From Candidatus Hodarchaeota archaeon (GTDB lineage Archaea; Asgardarchaeota; Heimdallarchaeia; Hodarchaeales; Hodarchaeaceae), in contig JBHLKC010000002.1 in NCBI GenBank assembly GCA_048887065.1, positions 1 through 57,060 on the forward strand: a stretch of 57,060 nt of DNA, read 5' to 3'. The notes beneath the pieces were generated by a model. It was not told where the DNA came from, searched no databases, and saw only the letters and a program-made list of their open reading frames with translations. The position numbers and the translations under genes were made by a program. This document shows, one piece after another, positions 53,359-57,060 of the stretch (position 1 is its first letter; every line of letters starts with the position of its first letter).

Positions 53359-55248
53359 ATGGCTTCCTTAATAACTGAAACAAAAGGTATAATCACCAGA
53401 ATTCCATGGAGAGAGTACTTAGTTAGTCAAATATATAAAATCATAGGTTTCATCGTACTTGCTATTTTAATAATTGGGACAATGATTTATTCAGAACAGA
53501 TCACAGATCTAGAAACAATGACAATTGAAGATCCTATTTACGTAATTACGGTTGCACTATCATCTTTATGCTTTATATTAGTTTTAATAGGATTTTCCAA
53601 AATCGTTTTATTCGATATGGCCAATGAATTCGGTTTGAGGGATGAAGAAACGAAAAAAATGATTTATGATTCACGATTTTTCCTCTTTGCAGCACTGGCA
53701 TTATCATTTTGTTCTGCCATCTATCTTCTCTTAGATGTCTTTCTACAGGATACATACTTAGAAATCCTCCCAGTTCTCGTCATGGAATGGGTGTTAGTCG
53801 CAACCGAAACCGATATTCCAGGTTTAACAGACATTGGAAGGGGTCGAGAGTTCTATCAAACAGCTCGAAATATCTACTTTGCATTTTTTTTCATAGTTAT
53901 CATTATTTTTTCCGTTTTAGTCTTTCTTTCTATTTTAACAACTCTTGGTCGTAATAGAGTAGCCTCTCGTTTTAAGAAAGTAGAGGAAGAGGAAGAAGAA
54001 AAGGAAAATAGGCGGTTATATAAAGTTCTAGCATGGATCTCAATTCCCTTTGTAATTGCATTTTTGTCTACGTTGTTACCCACAGCTATCGGTCCAGTTG
54101 TGGGTATAGTTATTCTTGTATTTTTTGTCTGGTGGCTATATCAGCTATTTAAGGTAATTTTTCTTATTTTTTGGCGGGGTTTCAAAATCACAGCCTTCAT
54201 AACAAGCGTAAATGCCCTCTTAATCATTCCTTTAGTATTAGTTCTTTATGGATTACCCGTTATCTCATGGACTCTATGGGATATTTGGTTACTAATTCAA
54301 GAGGAAACAATTACTTTCGATATTCCTCAGATTATTCAGGCTGGATTTCCCTTATTCCAAAATCGTTTAACTGATTTAGCTAGTATTATTCAATTAGATT
54401 TCATTATTATCACAATAATTGCTACATTCATTGTGGGGTTCGCAGAGGGTTTTGCCATTGTTGCAATATTCTCAGCTATTTTTAGGGGTGTTGAAGTAGC
54501 AAGGACAGGGCAAATTATTGCACGATCACCTCCCAAAGTCATGGTTATTTCCAAATACATAATCATGTTAGGAGTGTGGGTTAGCTTAGTCTGGGATAGT
54601 TTCATATCAATCTTAGAGATGTTAAAGGAGTATTTCGCTTTTTCCTTTGATTTTGAGATCCCTTCTCTTATGTTCCTAATTTATAATGAAATCATTAACC
54701 CTTTGGTAGCTTGGCTTGAAACGTTCATGCCTATGTTTCGATATATACCTTTTCTCCTTTTACCATTATACTTCATTGTAGCTGGAGCATTTAAATTCTT
54801 AAGTGTCACCCTTGTTACACCACGTGTTAAAGAACGATTATCAGTCTTCTTTCTATTGATATCTACAGCTTTTGTTCTAATTATCACAAATATCCTGGGT
54901 GATATTTATTTAATCCAAAGAGATCCAGATTTTAAAGGACTTCAAGATGCTCCCTTAATGGGCTTGCAGAACATTTTTTCATCTGCAGTAGAAGTTTTCC
55001 AATATGTAGAAGCCCTTGCATTTTATGCAGGATTCCTTTTCGGAATACTGTGGGTTATACGACATATAATAAGATCCAGAAGACAACCAGCGGTATCAAC
55101 TATTACTGCAACTTTAGAGGAAATAGAAGATGTAAAAGAAATGAAAGAAACTCCTATCAAAGAAGATGTAGGACAAGAATCTCTAGAAGTAGATTATGAC
55201 AAAATAGGAATTATCACGGAACCAAAGGAGGAGGGAAATAAAGGATAA
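53359..55248 (+). CDS. Large polytopic membrane protein (629 aa) with an acidic C-terminal tail
   Basis: A dozen or more hydrophobic helices, an EEEEEEKE loop, and a charged C-terminal tail. No recognisable family. The internal and antisense track ORFs are shadows. Confidence 0.7.
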   Translation: MASLITETKGIITRIPWREYLVSQIYKIIGFIVLAILIIGTMIYSEQITDLETMTIEDPIYVITVALSSLCFILVLIGFSKIVLFDMANEFGLRDEETKKMIYDSRFFLFAALALSFCSAIYLLLDVFLQDTYLEILPVLVMEWVLVATETDIPGLTDIGRGREFYQTARNIYFAFFFIVIIIFSVLVFLSILTTLGRNRVASRFKKVEEEEEEKENRRLYKVLAWISIPFVIAFLSTLLPTAIGPVVGIVILVFFVWWLYQLFKVIFLIFWRGFKITAFITSVNALLIIPLVLVLYGLPVISWTLWDIWLLIQEETITFDIPQIIQAGFPLFQNRLTDLASIIQLDFIIITIIATFIVGFAEGFAIVAIFSAIFRGVEVARTGQIIARSPPKVMVISKYIIMLGVWVSLVWDSFISILEMLKEYFAFSFDFEIPSLMFLIYNEIINPLVAWLETFMPMFRYIPFLLLPLYFIVAGAFKFLSVTLVTPRVKERLSVFFLLISTAFVLIITNILGDIYLIQRDPDFKGLQDAPLMGLQNIFSSAVEVFQYVEALAFYAGFLFGILWVIRHIIRSRRQPAVSTITATLEEIEDVKEMKETPIKEDVGQESLEVDYDKIGIITEPKEEGNKG

Positions 55249-55350
55249 ATTTACACCCTTTAGGAGAAATATTCCTCAATTTTGATAGATCTTTCGATAG
55301 GATTATTTAACTGAATCAAGATTTTGGTGATAAAGGAATAATAGGATGTT

Positions 55351-55971
55351 CTAATCTCTCATAAATATCCTTAATTTTGAAAGCTCATCCCTTTCTTTTT
55401 CCTCTAATGAAAGCAGGATCTGTTGGATTTGATCCTCTAATTCAGGGATCAATATCTTTTCTAAAGCATTGAATCTATGTCTTGTCTTTCGAATTTCCTT
55501 CCCTAGTTCAGTAATTGCTAATTCATGAGATGCAAGATCTATAAGAACTTCTAATTGTTGTCTGAATAATTCTACAGCTCTATCAACGAATTCTGAAGAA
55601 GCTAAAAACGAGGTAACTTGTTCTTGACTTCCTTCCTTATTAACAAGCTCAACAGATGGAACCACAATCCCCATAACATTTTCAGATTTTATTTTAATCC
55701 CTAAAGAGTCTGTTGCTCCCATAGCTGAAAGAGCTAAGCTACGACGATCTACTGCTTTAGCTAAAGCTAATGATTTTTTAGCTTCATGACCTAAAACCGC
55801 CAGTTTTTGGCGTGTTCGATAAAGCTGTTTCACTTGTTTTGAAAATGCATCAAGGAGAGCTCCAAGTCGATCTTCTAACAGCTCTTTTCCTGTTTCAGCT
55901 ATATTCAGCTGTGCCTTTCGATCTTGCAGCTCAATTCGAGTCTTTTTCAGTTGTTGCGATGACATTGACAA
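55351..55971 (-). CDS. atpD: A-type (V-type) ATP synthase subunit D
   Basis: The N-terminal KTRIELQDRKAQLNIAETGKELLEDRLGALL and the overall coiled-coil composition match subunit D. It lies immediately downstream of atpB. Confidence 0.85.
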   Translation of the reverse strand: MSMSSQQLKKTRIELQDRKAQLNIAETGKELLEDRLGALLDAFSKQVKQLYRTRQKLAVLGHEAKKSLALAKAVDRRSLALSAMGATDSLGIKIKSENVMGIVVPSVELVNKEGSQEQVTSFLASSEFVDRAVELFRQQLEVLIDLASHELAITELGKEIRKTRHRFNALEKILIPELEDQIQQILLSLEEKERDELSKLRIFMRD

Positions 55972-55974
55972 TAA

Positions 55975-57060
55975 TTAATCCTCTTTAGGGTAGTATTTAT
56001 CGATCCATTTCTTAGAGATTCTGTTTAAATCTGTTTTAGGGATTTTCGTGAGCACTTGCCAACCGATGGTCAAGGTTTCCTCAAATGTTCTCCGATAATC
56101 TCCTTGGTGAATGAATTTTTGCTCAAATTCATCAGCAAACGTTAAGTACAATCGGTCACGAGCACTAAGAGAATCTTCCCCTGCGATCGAAGCCAGCTGT
56201 CGAAGTTTAATCCCTCGAGCGTAACATGCAAACAGCTGATTGGCTAGATTCGCGTGATCCTCACGGGTTTTTCCTACACCTATGCCTTCATGCATAAGAC
56301 GTGACAATGAGGGAACTGGGTTCATAGGTGGAAAAATTTGGCGATTATAATGTGATCTACTCATGAGCAGCTGACCTTCAGTTATGTACCCAGTTAAGTC
56401 AGGTACAGGATGGGTTATGTCATCATTAGCCATTGTAACAACAGGAATCATTGTAACACTACCAATTTTACCTTGAACTTTGCCTGCACGCTCGTAAATT
56501 GTTGCTAAATCGGTATATAAATATCCAGGATACCCACGACGACCAGGAAATTCTTCTCGTGCTGATGATATTTCTCTTAAAGCCTCACTATAATTTAACA
56601 TATCATGGAGTATGATCAAAACATTTCTGTCCTTCTCATAAGCCAAGTATTCAGCAAAAGTAAGAGCGACTCTTGGAGTTAATATCCGTTCTACAATTGA
56701 ATCCATTGTATAGTTCGAAAAGAAAGCAATATTGGCACCTGATGATTCGCTAAATTTTATACGGAAGAATCTGCCCTCTCGCTCGGTGATACCCATTGCT
56801 ACAAAAATCACATCTAGTTCTTGTTCTTCTGCAAGCACCTTTGAATTTACTGCAATGTTGGCTGCTACCTCAGAGGTGGGCATGCCGCTGAGTGTAAATA
56901 TCGGTAGTTTTTGTCCCTGAACTAAAGAATTCAATCCATCAATAACAGAAATTCCAGTTTCAATAAAATCACTAGGACTCGCTCTTCTTACAGGATTCAT
57001 TGGGGCACCTGTAATAGGTAATCGCTTCTCAACAATTAGAGGCCCTAAATCATCAATAGG
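55975..57060 (-). CDS. atpB: A-type (V-type) ATP synthase subunit B; the N-terminus lies outside the window
   Basis: The frame stays open to the window edge ([26 protein letters not shown]...). [36 protein letters not shown] and ITEGQL are subunit B blocks. Confidence 0.9.
   Translation of the reverse strand, partial: PIDDLGPLIVEKRLPITGAPMNPVRRASPSDFIETGISVIDGLNSLVQGQKLPIFTLSGMPTSEVAANIAVNSKVLAEEQELDVIFVAMGITEREGRFFRIKFSESSGANIAFFSNYTMDSIVERILTPRVALTFAEYLAYEKDRNVLIILHDMLNYSEALREISSAREEFPGRRGYPGYLYTDLATIYERAGKVQGKIGSVTMIPVVTMANDDITHPVPDLTGYITEGQLLMSRSHYNRQIFPPMNPVPSLSRLMHEGIGVGKTREDHANLANQLFACYARGIKLRQLASIAGEDSLSARDRLYLTFADEFEQKFIHQGDYRRTFEETLTIGWQVLTKIPKTDLNRISKKWIDKYYPKED

Noticed and set aside
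1-57060. Scan of the whole window for CRISPR arrays, rRNA/tRNA genes, transposases, integrases or prophage and defence islands.
   Set aside because: I saw no regularly spaced direct repeats, no GC-rich structured RNA-like blocks in the intergenic regions, and no DDE/tyrosine-recombinase-like ORFs. The window reads as core chromosome.

Overview
This is a visibly AT-rich, gene-dense archaeal chromosomal window. Archaeal markers are the A-type ATP synthase B and D subunits, aIF1A, AlaX, IleRS and ValRS. Central-carbon genes include glycerate kinase, ATP-type PEPCK, iPGM and a GH57 glucan enzyme. There are also many acetyltransferases, transporters and hypothetical membrane proteins. I infer an Asgard (Loki-like) archaeon, because the window holds two Rab/Ras-like small GTPases, a GTPase-coupled tandem roadblock protein, stand-alone longin-like proteins and a possible longin+DENN-like protein. 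This is inference, not proof. I saw no rRNA, tRNA, CRISPR array, transposase or integrase. The observations most worth a second look are listed here in rough order of interest. (1) The bacterial-type cofactor-independent phosphoglycerate mutase at 26848-28428 is circularly permuted within one intact ORF. (2) A 363-aa protein at 29353-30444 has a domain pattern resembling uDENN-cDENN-dDENN, and it lies near a GTPase/roadblock operon and a large sequon-rich membrane protein. (3) Two paralogous, unannotated small hydrophobic peptide genes with duplicated upstream regions sit in the otherwise empty 0.8-kb spacer after valS. (4) The stretch 42.8-52.6 kb contains several decayed or interrupted genes: a histidine-kinase 3' remnant, nnrE with an in-frame TGA, and a TAG-interrupted ORF. 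(5) A secreted metallo-beta-lactamase-fold protein carries a PGF-CTERM-like sorting signal. (6) IleRS has non-canonical HIGH/KMSKS signatures, and ValRS is the bacterial/eukaryotic type with a coiled-coil tail. All functional calls come from motif recognition by eye. No database search was run, and many start codons (TTG/GTG versus a downstream ATG) remain uncertain.
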